A stretch of DNA of 64,000 nt, from NCBI GenBank assembly GCA_035686425.1, contig DASRZL010000072.1:11090-75089 (forward strand). The letters are read 5' to 3'. Origin of the DNA: Thermoleophilia bacterium (GTDB lineage: Bacteria; Actinomycetota; Thermoleophilia; UBA2241). The notes beneath the pieces were generated by a model. The model was not told the DNA's origin. It ran no database searches and saw nothing but the letters and a program-made list of their open reading frames with translations. Positions 24,378 through 36,528 of the stretch are shown one piece after another. Each line of letters begins with the position of its first letter. Within the stretch, counting starts at the first letter, position 1. A program made the translations under genes and the position numbers.

Positions 24378-24931
24378 TAGACGTCACCTCTCACTTCTGC
24401 GGTTGCCAGCCGGCGGCGCAGCTGGCGGATTCGCGCTTTGACGCTGCCGTCGACGATCACGTCGCCGACGCGCAGGACGAGGCCTCCAAGGATGTCCGGG
24501 TCGACGCGCCGGGCCAGGTGGACCCGGCGCCCGGTGGCCTCCTGGACACGGGCGGCTATCTTCTTCTCGGTCTCGGGCGTCAGCTCGGCAGCCGAGACGA
24601 CCTCCACATCGACGACTCCCTCCTCGACGGTCGCGAGGGCGTCGTAGGCCTGCCGTAGCTCAGGCACGGCGGCGAAACGGCCGCGCTCGAGCATGAGCTG
24701 CAGAGCGTTGGCGAGCAGCGGCTGCCCGCCCCGCGTGACCTCGTGAAGCACGCGGTGCTTCGCGGCTGTCTCGACACGGGGGTCGGCGAGCACGTCGCGC
24801 AGCGCGGCCGAAGCCGTGAGGGCGGCGACGAAGTCGCCCAGGTCGCGGCGCACGTTCTCGACGACGACGCCCTCTTTGGCGGCGTCGAACAGGGCCTGGG
24901 CGTAGACCCGAGCCACCTGCTCGTCGCTCAC
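24377..24931 (-). CDS. atpH: F0F1 ATP synthase delta (OSCP) subunit
   Basis: [13 protein letters not shown]... OSCP-like; 4-nt overlap with atpF. Confidence 0.9.
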
Positions 24932-25437
24932 CCCTGGCCCTCCGCGCCGAGCTTTTCGACGTCGAGCTCGGCGAGCGCTTCGTCGATGAGACGCTGCTGG
25001 TCTGCCGCACTCAGGCTGCTCGCCGCGACCTTCTCGGTGGCGAGCGCCGTGAGCTCCGCGACATGACCCTTGAGGTCACGGAGCGCGCTCCGCGTATCGC
25101 GCTCGATCTGCTCGTGTGCTTTCTCGAGCACGCGGTCCGACTGCGCCTTTGCCTCGGCCAGGATCTCAGCCTTGGCATGCTCGGCGGTCGTGCGGGAGCG
25201 CTCGAGGATCTCCTCGGACTCGCCGCGCACCTTGGCGAGCGTGGCCTTGTACTCGTCGAGCAGGCGCCGTGCTTCGGCGCGCGCCTCCTCGGCAGCATCC
25301 ACGCTGTCCTGGATGCCTTGGCGTCGCTCGTCGAGCAGCTTCTGCAGCGGCTTGAAGGCGAGCAGCGTGAGCACGACCATCGCCACCCCGAAGGTGATGA
25401 GGGTCCAGATCATGAGGCCTGGTTCAGGGACGAGCAT
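24928..25437 (-). CDS. atpF: F0F1 ATP synthase subunit b
   Basis: Single N-terminal TM followed by a long charged coiled coil. Confidence 0.9.
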   Translation of the reverse strand: MLVPEPGLMIWTLITFGVAMVVLTLLAFKPLQKLLDERRQGIQDSVDAAEEARAEARRLLDEYKATLAKVRGESEEILERSRTTAEHAKAEILAEAKAQSDRVLEKAHEQIERDTRSALRDLKGHVAELTALATEKVAASSLSAADQQRLIDEALAELDVEKLGAEGQG

Positions 25438-25473
25438 GTGTCACTCCTCGATGATTCGGTCCCTGGCCGACGT

Positions 25474-25755
<282 letters not shown>

Positions 25756-25758
25756 TCA

Positions 25759-26622
25759 CTAGTGTTCCTGGTCCAACGCTCCCCCGATGTACACGGCGGA
25801 GAGGATGGCGAAGATGAAGGCCTGGATGAAGGCCACGAAGATCTCGAACATGTAGATCAGCACCGAGGCGCCCTGCAGCATCGCGGCCGCCAGGTAGCTC
25901 TGGAAGATGAGCGCCATGGCGAAGAACACGGCCAGGATCGCGTGGCCGGCCAGCATGTTGGCGAAGAGACGCACGGCGAGCGACACCAGCCGGAAGAGCT
26001 CGCTCACCGCGTGGATCACCCAGATGAGCTGCTTGAGGACGGGGGGAGCGCTCGGCGGCGCCCAGTTCTTCAAGTAGTGCAGCCCGCCGTTCTTGCGGAT
26101 GCCGGCGTAGTGGGTGAACACGAAGGTGCAGAACGCCAGTGTGAGGGTGACATAGAGATTGGCGGTCGCCGTATAGAAGCCGAACTGCCCGTGCTCGGCC
26201 AATGGAAGCGGCACCAGGCCGATCAGATTCGCCGTGAGGACGAAGAAGAAGACCCCGGCGACGTAGGGGAACCACGTCGCACGACCACTCTTCATCACGG
26301 CGCCCACGATCCCGTCGTGCGCGAGGCCGTAGAGAGCCTCGACCACGACCTGGAGGCGCCCCGGCTTCTGCTTGAGAGTGAAGCGGATGAGGACGGCCAC
26401 GACGATCAGGATGGCTGCCGTGAGCCAAAGGTAGATCACCGCCTTGTTGACCGACAGGTCGAACGGGCCGATGGTCGGCAAGGTGATGATGGGCTTGAGC
26501 TCGAACTCGGCCGCGACCTCGAACTCGTGCTTCTGGCCGGGCTGCTTGAGCACGTCGAAGCCCACCAGAGCGGCCAGGAGTACGACCGCGACGAGGCCCC
26601 AGATCAGCCGCTTGCGCTTCAC
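25759..26622 (-). CDS. atpB: F0F1 ATP synthase subunit a
   Basis: Polytopic protein with a conserved Arg in LAVRLFANMLAGH. Confidence 0.9.
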   Translation of the reverse strand: MKRKRLIWGLVAVVLLAALVGFDVLKQPGQKHEFEVAAEFELKPIITLPTIGPFDLSVNKAVIYLWLTAAILIVVAVLIRFTLKQKPGRLQVVVEALYGLAHDGIVGAVMKSGRATWFPYVAGVFFFVLTANLIGLVPLPLAEHGQFGFYTATANLYVTLTLAFCTFVFTHYAGIRKNGGLHYLKNWAPPSAPPVLKQLIWVIHAVSELFRLVSLAVRLFANMLAGHAILAVFFAMALIFQSYLAAAMLQGASVLIYMFEIFVAFIQAFIFAILSAVYIGGALDQEH

Positions 26623-27008
26623 CTCGGCGGCGCTCCGCTCGGGTGATCCGGCTCAAAGCCGAAGGCGAAGAGACGCACACCGAGATAGACGGTGAACGAC
26701 ACGACGAAAGCGATCGCCACGACGGGGAACGCCGCCGGCGCGAAGACACCGACGAGCACCAGACACACGAGTACCGAGGCCATCCGCAATACGGCTCCGC
26801 CGAGCGCAGCGGCCACGGCGTGGTTGAAGCTGCCGGTGCGTGCGCGGCGCCAAGCGAGTGCCTCGAGGCCCCAGTAGAGCACGACGAGTGCGGCGCCGAG
26901 AAGCGCCGCCCAGACGGGCTGCTCGAGGAACGCGGCCACGGTTGCGCAGGCGAGGGCGACTGCGCCCAGCAACAGCGGTGCTACGAGCGGCCTGCGGATA
27001 CGCGTCAT
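26619..27008 (-). CDS. atpI: ATP synthase protein I (AtpI), small hydrophobic protein; start uncertain
   Basis: About 130 aa with 3-4 TM helices at the expected operon position. The ATG at 27008 is directly abutted by AGGAGG (0-nt spacer), so the true start may differ. Confidence 0.55.
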   Translation of the reverse strand: MTRIRRPLVAPLLLGAVALACATVAAFLEQPVWAALLGAALVVLYWGLEALAWRRARTGSFNHAVAAALGGAVLRMASVLVCLVLVGVFAPAAFPVVAIAFVVSFTVYLGVRLFAFGFEPDHPSGAPPR

Positions 27009-27021
27009 CCTCCTGAGTTGG

Positions 27022-27243
27022 TCACTTCGTCTCCAGGTAGATGGCGTAGAGCGCCAGCCCGAACCCGGCGAACACGCCAATCACCACGAACAGGGGGAAC
27101 GTACCAAGCAGCCAGTCGACGCCGGCGCCGAATCCGAGCCCGACCGCCACACCTGCGAGGAGCAGGAACGCGACCGACTCGGCCGACGCGAATGACCGCG
27201 GCGGCTCCTCCTTGTGTCCGTCCCCGGACTGTCGTGGCGTCAC
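27022..27243 (-). CDS. AtpZ/AtpI-family small two-TM protein (putative F0F1 accessory subunit)
   Basis: 73 aa with two TM helices, immediately upstream of atpI. GTG start abutted by TATAGT. Confidence 0.5.
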   Translation of the reverse strand: MTPRQSGDGHKEEPPRSFASAESVAFLLLAGVAVGLGFGAGVDWLLGTFPLFVVIGVFAGFGLALYAIYLETK

Positions 27244-27333
27244 ACTATACCTGCCGTGAAAAGGGCCTGCAACGCGGCATCCGTTCCGCCACGGCGACGG
27301 ACGCCGGGGGCGCGGCGCCGGGCGGAGGCGGGT

Positions 27334-28458
27334 TCACGCATCGAGACTGCCCTCCCGGCTGCGTCCACCGGATGCATTGTTCCCCACGCCGGGGGCAAGC
27401 GGGTCCGGCAGCCCGCGGCGTCGCGAGCGGTACCGGCTCAGGAGCCGCCCCATGTACACGGTCGAGACGATCGAGACGATGCCGAAGCCGACGATCGCCG
27501 GCAGGAACCGCTGCTGCGTGGCGATGGCGAGGCCGCTGAGGCAGATGCACCACGAGTAGAGCAGCAGCACGCTCTTGCGCTGTGAGAAGCCGTGCACGAG
27601 CACGAGGTCGTGGTGCACGTGGTCCTGCCCGGGCGAGTAGAACGGCACGCCGCGCCGCCAGCGCCGCCACACGATGAGGAAGAGGTCGACGAACGGCACG
27701 CCGAGCACGAGCAGCGGCAGGACGAGGGCCACGGCCGCGGTCCCCTTCATCACGCTCTGCACGCTGATGCAGGCGAGCACGAACCCCAGGAGCATCGACC
27801 CGGCGTCGCCCATGAAGATGCTCGCCGGGTGGAAATTGAAGCGCAGGAAGGCGAAGGTCGCCCCCGCGAGGACGGCCGCGAGGACGCCCATGGAGGAGAA
27901 TCCGGTCGCCAGCGCGATGATCGAGAACGTGAGCGCCGAGATGCCGCACACGCCCGCCGCCAACCCGTCGAGGCCGTCGATGAAGTTCACCATGTTGATG
28001 ATCATGGCCATCCAGAACCCGGTCACCAGGATCGACACCGCGAGGGGCAGGTACCACGTGATATCGGTGAACGGCACGCCGATGCGCGTGATACGCGTGT
28101 CGAAGTAGATGACCACGCCGATGGCGAGGAGTTGGCCGAGGAACTTGACGATCGGCTCGAGCTCATAGAGGTCGTCAAAGAGCCCGACGGCCACGACGAT
28201 CGTAGCCCCGCCGATGATGCCCCAGACCGCGCGGTCGACCTCGACCAGCAGCATGACCGGGATCATCCAGCCGAGGTACATCCCGAGACCGCCGAGCAGA
28301 GGCGTGGCCATGACGTGCATACGCCGGTCGTCGCTCGGGGTGTCGACGGCACCTGTTCGATGAGCGAGCCGGCCCATCAGCGGCGTGAGGACGTACACGA
28401 TGAGCGCCGCGATGAGGAAGCCCAGGATCGCGGTGCGCAGCGGGCTGGAGAGACTCAG
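27334..28458 (-). CDS. wecA: UDP-GlcNAc:undecaprenyl-phosphate GlcNAc-1-phosphate transferase (WecA/Rfe, MraY/GT4 family); 5' end uncertain
   Basis: [12 protein letters not shown] and [27 protein letters not shown] motifs. The first canonical start (GTG at 28398) would remove a clear N-terminal TM helix that is encoded in frame upstream; a CTG at about 28458 in a CTGA overlap with the deaminase stop is a candidate start. Confidence 0.75.
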   Translation of the reverse strand: MSLSSPLRTAILGFLIAALIVYVLTPLMGRLAHRTGAVDTPSDDRRMHVMATPLLGGLGMYLGWMIPVMLLVEVDRAVWGIIGGATIVVAVGLFDDLYELEPIVKFLGQLLAIGVVIYFDTRITRIGVPFTDITWYLPLAVSILVTGFWMAMIINMVNFIDGLDGLAAGVCGISALTFSIIALATGFSSMGVLAAVLAGATFAFLRFNFHPASIFMGDAGSMLLGFVLACISVQSVMKGTAAVALVLPLLVLGVPFVDLFLIVWRRWRRGVPFYSPGQDHVHHDLVLVHGFSQRKSVLLLYSWCICLSGLAIATQQRFLPAIVGFGIVSIVSTVYMGRLLSRYRSRRRGLPDPLAPGVGNNASGGRSREGSLDA

Positions 28459-28996
28459 CGGCCCGTCGACGGCAGTTCCTCCTTGTGCAGGGCGACGGCG
28501 GCCTCGGACAACATCTCCCGCGACAGCTCATCGGGGTAGCCCTCCAGGTAGTGGATCTCACGTACACCACAGTTGATGAGCATCTTGGCGCAGAGGATGC
28601 AGGGGTGATGGGTGCAGTACAGCGTCGCGCCCTCGATGGCGACGCCGTGAAGGGCTGCCTGGATCACGGCGTTCTGCTCGGCGTGGATGGCGCGGCAGAG
28701 CTCGTGGCGCTCCCCCGAGGGGATGCCGAGTTGCTCGCGCAGGCAGCCGATGTCGAGGCAGTGGGCGACGCCGCGAGGGGCGCCGTTGTACCCGGTCGCG
28801 AGGATGCGCTTGTCGCGCACGAGGACGGCGCCCACCTGGCGCCGCAGGCAGGTGGAGCGGGTGGCCGCCTGACGGGCGAGCTGGATGAAGTACTCGTCCC
28901 AGCTCGGCCGCTGCGGCGGCGTCCCCCCTGTGTCCGGACGCCCGCGGAGCGGTGGACCGTCGGCGCCCCCCTCGATACCTCTGCTTCGTGGGGTAT

Positions 28997-29000
<4 letters not shown>
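28455..29000 (-). CDS. dCMP deaminase (ComEB-like zinc-dependent deoxycytidylate deaminase)
   Basis: [10 protein letters not shown]...HAEQNA...PCILCAKML zinc-binding motifs. GTG start in a GTGA overlap with the glyA stop; the N-terminal 30-aa low-complexity lead is unverified. Confidence 0.8.
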
Positions 29001-30261
<1,261 letters not shown>

Positions 30262-30265
<4 letters not shown>

Positions 30266-30705
30266 GCAGAATCCCCGCCATCGAGGAGCGCGACGCGACG
30301 CTCGTGCCTGCCGCCCTCGAACGGCGTCTCCAGCCAGACCTCGGTGATCGCCCAGGCCTCGTCCTCGCTGAGGACGCGGCCACCCAGGCAGAGCACGTTG
30401 GCGTCGTTGTGCCGACGCGCCATCTCGGCGAGGTACGGTGTGAAGCAATCAGCGGCGCGGACGCCCTCATGGCGGTTCGCCGACATGCAGATGCCGAGGC
30501 CGGTGCCGCACGCGAGCAGGCCGCGCTCGGCCTCGCCGGAGGCCACCATCGCGGCGACCTTGTGCCCGTACACCGGGTAGTCGACGGAGACCTTTTCGGA
30601 GTCGGTGCCGACATCGATGACCTCGTGCCCGAGGGAGCGGAGGCGGCGGACGACTGCCTGCTTGAGTGCGAACCCTCCATGGTCTGCACCGGCGGCGATC
30701 TTCAT
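30262..30705 (-). CDS. rpiB: Ribose-5-phosphate isomerase B (RpiB/LacAB family)
   Basis: MKIAAGADHGGFALK...CGTGLGICMSANR. AGGAG RBS 6 nt upstream. Confidence 0.9.
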
Positions 30706-30862
30706 GAGAGGCTCCTTCTCGTCTTGAGGACGCGCGAAAGCCGCTGCCGGCGAGCGCGGTGCCGGGCCGGCTCGGCGAAGTGGGCTACGGACCGCCGATT
30801 GTATCAGTCCGTGCGCCGCGGGGCCCTTCGGGCCGGGGCCCGCTCACTAGCTCTTCCGTCCA

Positions 30863-31756
30863 TTAGTCCGGAAGGAAGAGCTCGCCCCGCAGGACCGGCT
30901 GCACGCCTCCGCCGACGCGGACGTCCTCGATGCGCTCCGATGTCCCCGAGACGGCCACCGTGAGGAAGCTCGGACGCCCGATCTGCCGGCCTTGCAGCAC
31001 GACGCGCTCCTCGTCCGGCGGGAGTACGCCCTCACGCGCCATGTAGGCGGCCAGCGGCCCTGCGGCGCTGCCGGTGGCCGGGTCCTCGGTGATGCCGGCG
31101 AACGGGAAGAGACCGCGCGCCTCCATCCAGGGGTCGTCCTGCCCGGTGAAGGCGCAGGGGTAGATCTCCGCGTACCGCCGCTCGAAGTCGGCAGCGAGCC
31201 GCAGATCGAGCGAGACCCGGGCCAGCGCGCGCTGGGACGCGAGCGGGATGATCGTGTAGCAAAGGCCGGTGTCGACCGGTACAGGGTCGAACTCGGGGTG
31301 CAGGTCCTCGAGGTCGAGGCCGAGGACGGCTGCCACCGAGGCTCGCGGCGCCGGGGCATGGAACACGGGCGGCCGTTGATGCACGGTCGCGGAGACGGGG
31401 ACACCGTCGCGGACCGCGACCTCGACGACCGTAGGGCCGACGTCGAGCTCGAGCACGACGCGCGTGATCGGCTGGCAGACGTCGACGAGACGGAGCCGGA
31501 CGAGCTCGCAGGCCGTGCCCACGCTCGGGTGCCCGGCGAAGGGCAACTCGACCGCCGGCGTGAAGATGCGCACGCGCGCATCCCCTTCTCCCTCCGGCGG
31601 CAGCACGAACGTGGTCTCGGAGAGGTTCATCTCGCTGGCGATCGCCTGCATCTGCACGGCGTTCAGCCCCTCGGCCTCCGCGAACACGGCCAGCGGGTTC
31701 CCTGCGAACGGGCGGTCGGTGAACACGTCCACCTGGTAGAACGGCAGCCTCCTCAT
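30863..31756 (-). CDS. PhzF-family (phenazine biosynthesis-like) isomerase
   Basis: [25 protein letters not shown], typical PhzF/YddE start. ATGA overlap with the tsaC stop; the track's N-terminal extension is rejected. Confidence 0.8.
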   Translation of the reverse strand: MRRLPFYQVDVFTDRPFAGNPLAVFAEAEGLNAVQMQAIASEMNLSETTFVLPPEGEGDARVRIFTPAVELPFAGHPSVGTACELVRLRLVDVCQPITRVVLELDVGPTVVEVAVRDGVPVSATVHQRPPVFHAPAPRASVAAVLGLDLEDLHPEFDPVPVDTGLCYTIIPLASQRALARVSLDLRLAADFERRYAEIYPCAFTGQDDPWMEARGLFPFAGITEDPATGSAAGPLAAYMAREGVLPPDEERVVLQGRQIGRPSFLTVAVSGTSERIEDVRVGGGVQPVLRGELFLPD

Positions 31757-32457
31757 GGCGTCAGCGGCTCCTCCCCGTCGCCGGCCAACAGCGCGGCGAC
31801 GCCTTTCTCGTCGACGGCTCCCCGGCGCAGGACACGCCAATCGCCGTCGCTCTCGTACAACGTCAGGTCGACGATCGTCGACGCCTCGCCGCTCACGGGC
31901 CCGGCGTCGAGAACGAGGTCGCACGCGGCCTGCAGACCGCCGTCAACCTCGTCGACCGACCGCGGCGCGGCGGCGCCGCTCCGATTGGCGCTGGAGGCCA
32001 GCAGCTCGAACGGCAGGTCGGCGAGGACCCGCGCGGCGGCGGGCCATGCCGGGACGCGCACGCCCAAGGTGGCGATGGCGGTCGTCGTCACCCCCGATTG
32101 CCCTTGCGCGGTGCGTGACACCTCGCCCGCCGGCGGGAAGCCAAGCCCCGGCGGGTACGGAAGCAGGAGCGTGAACGGCCCCGGCAGGAGGCGGCGCACA
32201 GCGCCGAGCAGCCGGGGCCCGGGCGCCAGGGACGCCTCCAGCACTTCCAGCGTGGGGTAGATCACCTGAAGGGGTTTGCCGGCCTCACGGCCTTTGGCGG
32301 CGATCACCGCCTCGCGCACCCGTGGCGTGACGGGACCGCCCACGCCGTACACGGTGTCCGTGGGAAAGCAGACGAGCCGGGCCGCCGCGACAAGCGCGGC
32401 CAGACTCGCCGCGTCGGCGTCGGGCCCCGCCAGGTCGATGCGGCGTGGACCGGTCAC
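31753..32457 (-). CDS. tsaC: L-threonylcarbamoyladenylate synthase (TsaC/YrdC/Sua5 family)
   Basis: [10 protein letters not shown] hallmark motif. Confidence 0.8.
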   Translation of the reverse strand: MTGPRRIDLAGPDADAASLAALVAAARLVCFPTDTVYGVGGPVTPRVREAVIAAKGREAGKPLQVIYPTLEVLEASLAPGPRLLGAVRRLLPGPFTLLLPYPPGLGFPPAGEVSRTAQGQSGVTTTAIATLGVRVPAWPAAARVLADLPFELLASSANRSGAAAPRSVDEVDGGLQAACDLVLDAGPVSGEASTIVDLTLYESDGDWRVLRRGAVDEKGVAALLAGDGEEPLTP

Positions 32458-33287
32458 GGCGCGACGTCTGCGCGCCGGCCCCCGTCCGTCGCCGGCTCGA
32501 TGCCGGTCACCGGACGCACGGGGACGCCACGGGCGGCGAGGTACGCTTTGGCCTCGGCGATGGTGTACGTGCCGTAGTGGAAGATGCTCGCCGCGAGGAC
32601 GGCGTCCGCCTCCCCCTCCGTCAGCCCGGCGGCGAGGTGCTCAAGCGTGCCGACGCCGCCGGAGGCGATCACCGGCACGTCCACCTCGCGGGCCACGGCG
32701 CGCGTGAGTTCGAGGTCGTACCCGTCGAGGGTGCCGTCGCGGTCCATGCTCGTGAGCATGAACTCGCCGGCGCCCAGTTCGGCCGCGCGCGCCGCCCACT
32801 CGATCGCGTCGATGCCCGTGGGGGTGCGCCCGCCGTGGACGTACACCTCCCAGCGCAGTGAGCCGGCGCCCTCCCCGCCCCCTGGGACCCTGCGCGCGTC
32901 GATGGCGACGACGATGCACTGGGAGCCGAAGCGCTCGGCGCACCGGCGAACGAGCTCCCGGTCTTCCACCGCGGCGGTGTTCATCGTCACCTTGTCGGCG
33001 CCTGCGGCGAGGATGGCGCGGACGTCTTCTTCGCTCGTCAGTCCGCCGCCGATGGTGAACGGGATGAAGACCTGCTCGGCGCAGCGCGCCGCGAGGTCGA
33101 GGATGATGTCGCGGCGCTCGTGCGAGGCGGTGATGTCGAGGAAGATGAGCTCGTCGGCGCCCTCCGCGTCGTACCGCGCCGCCAGCTCGACGGGGTCGCC
33201 GGCGTCGCGGATGGCCACGAAGTTGACGCCCTTCACCACGCGGCCGTCGCGCACGTCGAGGCACGGGATGATGCGTTTGCGGTGCAC
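32454..33287 (-). CDS. hisF: Imidazole glycerol phosphate synthase cyclase subunit
   Basis: [19 protein letters not shown]...[11 protein letters not shown]. Confidence 0.95.
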   Translation of the reverse strand: MHRKRIIPCLDVRDGRVVKGVNFVAIRDAGDPVELAARYDAEGADELIFLDITASHERRDIILDLAARCAEQVFIPFTIGGGLTSEEDVRAILAAGADKVTMNTAAVEDRELVRRCAERFGSQCIVVAIDARRVPGGGEGAGSLRWEVYVHGGRTPTGIDAIEWAARAAELGAGEFMLTSMDRDGTLDGYDLELTRAVAREVDVPVIASGGVGTLEHLAAGLTEGEADAVLAASIFHYGTYTIAEAKAYLAARGVPVRPVTGIEPATDGGRRADVAP

Positions 33288-33298
33288 TGCGGCCGCCG

Positions 33299-34024
33299 TC
33301 AGCCGGCGAAGATCGCCTGCGCGCCGGCGAGCGTGAAGGACTTGTCGTAGAGCGCCCGGCCGACGATGACGCCGACCACGTTCGGCGCATTCATCCGCTT
33401 CAGGCGACGCAGGTCGTCGAGGAGGGCGATGCCGCCGGAGAGGACGATCTCGAGCTGCGAGACCTCCGCGAGGTCCGCAAGGCCCGGAAGGTTGGGTCCA
33501 CCCAGCATGCCGTCACGCGCTGTGTCGGTGTACACGACGCGCTGCACGCCGTGCTCCGCGAGAAGCTTGACGAAGCGGATGGCGCTCATCTGGGAGCGCT
33601 CCTGCCAGCCGTGCGTGGCCACCATCCCGTCGGTGCAGTCGAGCCCTACGATGAGGCGCTCTCCCATCCAGTTCACGGCATCGTCGAGGAGCTCGAGGGC
33701 GGTGACCGCGGCGGTCCCCATCACGACCCACTGCACGCCTGTTCCGGCCATCATCGCCAGGGCTTTGGGAGTGCGGATACCGCCGCCGTACTGCACAGGT
33801 ATGTCGAGCGCCTTGACGATGCGCTCGACGATCGCGAAGTTGGTGAGGTCTCCCGTGCGTGCGGCGTCGAGGTCGATCACGTGCAGCGCCTCCGCGCCCT
33901 CGTCCTGCCAGTACCTGGCGAGCTCGACGGGGTCGTCGCTGAAGACGGTGAAGTCGTCGAAGTCTCCGCGGCGCAGGCGGACCGCCTTGCCGGCCTGGAT
34001 GTCGACGGCGGGGAACACGATCAT
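33299..34024 (-). CDS. hisA: ProFAR isomerase HisA (possibly bifunctional PriA type)
   Basis: [17 protein letters not shown]...GGGIR; ATGA overlap with hisH. Confidence 0.9.
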   Translation of the reverse strand: MIVFPAVDIQAGKAVRLRRGDFDDFTVFSDDPVELARYWQDEGAEALHVIDLDAARTGDLTNFAIVERIVKALDIPVQYGGGIRTPKALAMMAGTGVQWVVMGTAAVTALELLDDAVNWMGERLIVGLDCTDGMVATHGWQERSQMSAIRFVKLLAEHGVQRVVYTDTARDGMLGGPNLPGLADLAEVSQLEIVLSGGIALLDDLRRLKRMNAPNVVGVIVGRALYDKSFTLAGAQAIFAG

Positions 34025-34722
34025 GAGGTGCGCGCCTCCCATTCGACGTTGGCGACGAACGCGGAGAGCAGTGCGAGCCCGACGCGTGAACTCTTCTCCG
34101 GGTGGAACTGTACCGCCCAGACGTTGTCGCGCGCTACTGCGGCGACCACCGGCCCGCCATACTCCGTGGTCGCGGCGACGACACTCGGGTCGGCGGGGAC
34201 GGCGGCGTACGAGTGCACGAAGTAGACGATCGCCGGGGCCGGCAGCCCGCGGGCCATGCCCGCGCCGGCCGGCCCCCAGTCCAGGTCGTTCCAGCCGATG
34301 TGCGGCACCTTGAGGCCGGTGTCGAGACGCTCGACCGTGCCGGGAAGCACGCCGAGACCCGGCCAGCGACCGCCCTCCCCACTGCTCTCGAAGAGCAACT
34401 GGAGGCCGAGGCACACGCCGAGAAACGGTGTGCCGGCCGCGATCCGCTCGACGACGGCGGCCCCGAGGCCGCTCTCCTCGAGTCGCGCGGCCGCGTCACG
34501 GAAGGCGCCGACGCCGGGCAGCACGACGCCCGCAGCGCCCCGCACCTCGTTGGCGCTCTGCGTGACGCGCACCTCGGCGCCGCTGCGCGCCAGCGCCTTG
34601 GCGACGCTGGCGAGGTTGCCCATTCCGTAGTCGACGACGGCGACCCGCGGGGGGGTGGCCGCGGCGGTCAGAGCGCGCCCTTGGTGGAGGGCACCTCGTC
34701 GTCGCGCCCGTGCAGCTCGCAC
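34021..34722 (-). CDS. hisH: Imidazole glycerol phosphate synthase glutamine amidotransferase subunit
   Basis: VAVVDYGMGNL, LGVCLGLQ (catalytic Cys), VQFHPEKS. Only a GTG start is available, about 55 nt inside hisB. Confidence 0.85.
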   Translation of the reverse strand: MRAARARRRGALHQGRALTAAATPPRVAVVDYGMGNLASVAKALARSGAEVRVTQSANEVRGAAGVVLPGVGAFRDAAARLEESGLGAAVVERIAAGTPFLGVCLGLQLLFESSGEGGRWPGLGVLPGTVERLDTGLKVPHIGWNDLDWGPAGAGMARGLPAPAIVYFVHSYAAVPADPSVVAATTEYGGPVVAAVARDNVWAVQFHPEKSSRVGLALLSAFVANVEWEARTS

Positions 34723-35258
34723 GCCTGCGAGAGCGCCCGGGCAAACGCCTTGAACACGGCCTCGACGACGTGGTGGGCATCGCTGCCTGCAAGGAGGCGC
34801 ACGTGCAGCGTCAAGCCGGACTGCATCGCCAGAGAGCGCAAGAAGTGCGGCGCGAGGTCTCCGTCGAACTCGCCGATGCGTACGCCGGCCAACTGCAGGT
34901 CGTGGACGAAGTACGGCCGGCCCGACAGGTCGAGGGCCACCATGGCGAGAGCCTCGTCCATGGGCAGCAGGAACGAGCCGTAGCGGCGGATGCCGCGCTT
35001 GTCGCCGAGCGCCTCGCGCAGCGCCTGCCCCAGGGCCAGCCCGACGTCCTCGACAGTGTGGTGGCCGTCCACGTCGAGGTCGCCCCTGGCCCGCACGGTC
35101 AGGTCGAAGCCGCCGTGGTGGGCGAACAGCGTCAGCATGTGATCGAAGAAGCCGATGCCGGTGGCGACGTCGGCGTTCCCGCCGCCGTCGAGCACAAGCG
35201 ACAGGTCGATGGCGGTCTCGTTGGTCGTCCGATGGACCTCGGCGCGGCGCTCGGTCAT
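34668..35258 (-). CDS. hisB: Imidazoleglycerol-phosphate dehydratase
   Basis: TNETAIDLSL and HHTVEDVGLALG motifs. Confidence 0.9.
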   Translation of the reverse strand: MTERRAEVHRTTNETAIDLSLVLDGGGNADVATGIGFFDHMLTLFAHHGGFDLTVRARGDLDVDGHHTVEDVGLALGQALREALGDKRGIRRYGSFLLPMDEALAMVALDLSGRPYFVHDLQLAGVRIGEFDGDLAPHFLRSLAMQSGLTLHVRLLAGSDAHHVVEAVFKAFARALSQACELHGRDDEVPSTKGAL

Positions 35259-35268
35259 GGAAGGCTCC

Positions 35269-36528
35269 TCAGTCGGCGCGAAGACGGGCCGAGAGCGCGT
35301 GTGCGCGCAAGCCCTCCTCGACGGCGATGGTCGCCACGGCCGGGGCGAGCGCGGCGGCGGCGGGCCCATCGAGTTCTACCACAGCCATGCGTCTGCGAAA
35401 AGTATCGACGGACAGCCCTTGGCCAAACCGGGCTGAGCCGCCGGTGGGCAGCACGTGGTTGGTGCCGGCGGCGTAGTCGCCGAAGGCCGTGGCCGCGTAC
35501 GGGCCCACGAAGACCGCGCCCGCGCTGCGCACGCCCCGCAGCAGGTCCCCCGCGCCCTCGATGTGGAGCTCCAGATGCTCGGGGGCGAACGCATTGCTCA
35601 GCGCGAGCGCGGCGGCGCGGTCCGGGCACGCGACGACGACGACGTTGTCGGTGGAGATGCCGAGCTCGGCCGAGAGCCGCTCGCAGGCGGCCCCGACCGG
35701 ACCGGACAGCGTACCGCCGACGTCGGCGAGGCAGGCCATCGCTCCGGAGCCGTGCTCGGCCTGGGCGAGGAGGTCGGCGGCCAGCCACTCGGGCCGGCCG
35801 GAGGCGTCGGCGATGATGAGGACCTCGCTCGGTCCGGCGAGACTGTCGATGCCGACCTCGCCGACAAGCAGGCGCTTGGCCTCGGTGACGTAGGCGTTGC
35901 CGGGGCCCACGATCACATCGCAGCGCGGCACGCAGGCGGTACCCAGCGCCATGGCCGCGACGGCCTGCGCGCCGCCGATGGGATAGAGGCGCTCGAGGCC
36001 GAGCAGCGCGCACGCGGCGGCGACGCCGGTGGCCGCTCCGCCGCCCGGGCGAGGCGGCGAGCACACGACGATATGCTCGACGCCGGCGACCTGGGCCGGA
36101 ATCGCGGTCATCAGCACCGAAGAGGGGTAGTCGGCGAGGCCGCCCGGCACGTAGAGTCCGGCGACCGAGAGCGGCAGGACCTCCTGACCGACGACCTGCC
36201 CCTGCGTCAGGGCCTCGCGCCACGGGACGACCGGCTCGCGCTCATGGTAGGCGCGGATGTTGGCGGCGGCGACCTCGAGCGCCTCCCGCAGTTCGTGAGA
36301 CAACGCGCCGAGTCGCTCCCCCATCTCTGCCGACGGGACGGCGTAGTCGGTCGGGAGGTCGACCTGGTCGAGGCGCGCCGTGAGCTCACGCACGGCGGCG
36401 TCGCCGCGGGCGCGCACGTCGGACACGATCGCTCCCACGGCCGCCTGGACCGCGGCGGGCGCCGGCGCCAGCTCGCGCAGCGCCGCAACGGTGGTGGCGA
36501 TGTCGTCGTTCCAGGGCAGCTGTCTCAT
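35269..36528 (-). CDS. hisD: Histidinol dehydrogenase
   Basis: GLYVPGG, QAEHGSGAMA, GDYAAGTNHVLPT. ATGA overlap with hisG. Confidence 0.9.
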   Translation of the reverse strand: MRQLPWNDDIATTVAALRELAPAPAAVQAAVGAIVSDVRARGDAAVRELTARLDQVDLPTDYAVPSAEMGERLGALSHELREALEVAAANIRAYHEREPVVPWREALTQGQVVGQEVLPLSVAGLYVPGGLADYPSSVLMTAIPAQVAGVEHIVVCSPPRPGGGAATGVAAACALLGLERLYPIGGAQAVAAMALGTACVPRCDVIVGPGNAYVTEAKRLLVGEVGIDSLAGPSEVLIIADASGRPEWLAADLLAQAEHGSGAMACLADVGGTLSGPVGAACERLSAELGISTDNVVVVACPDRAAALALSNAFAPEHLELHIEGAGDLLRGVRSAGAVFVGPYAATAFGDYAAGTNHVLPTGGSARFGQGLSVDTFRRRMAVVELDGPAAAALAPAVATIAVEEGLRAHALSARLRAD

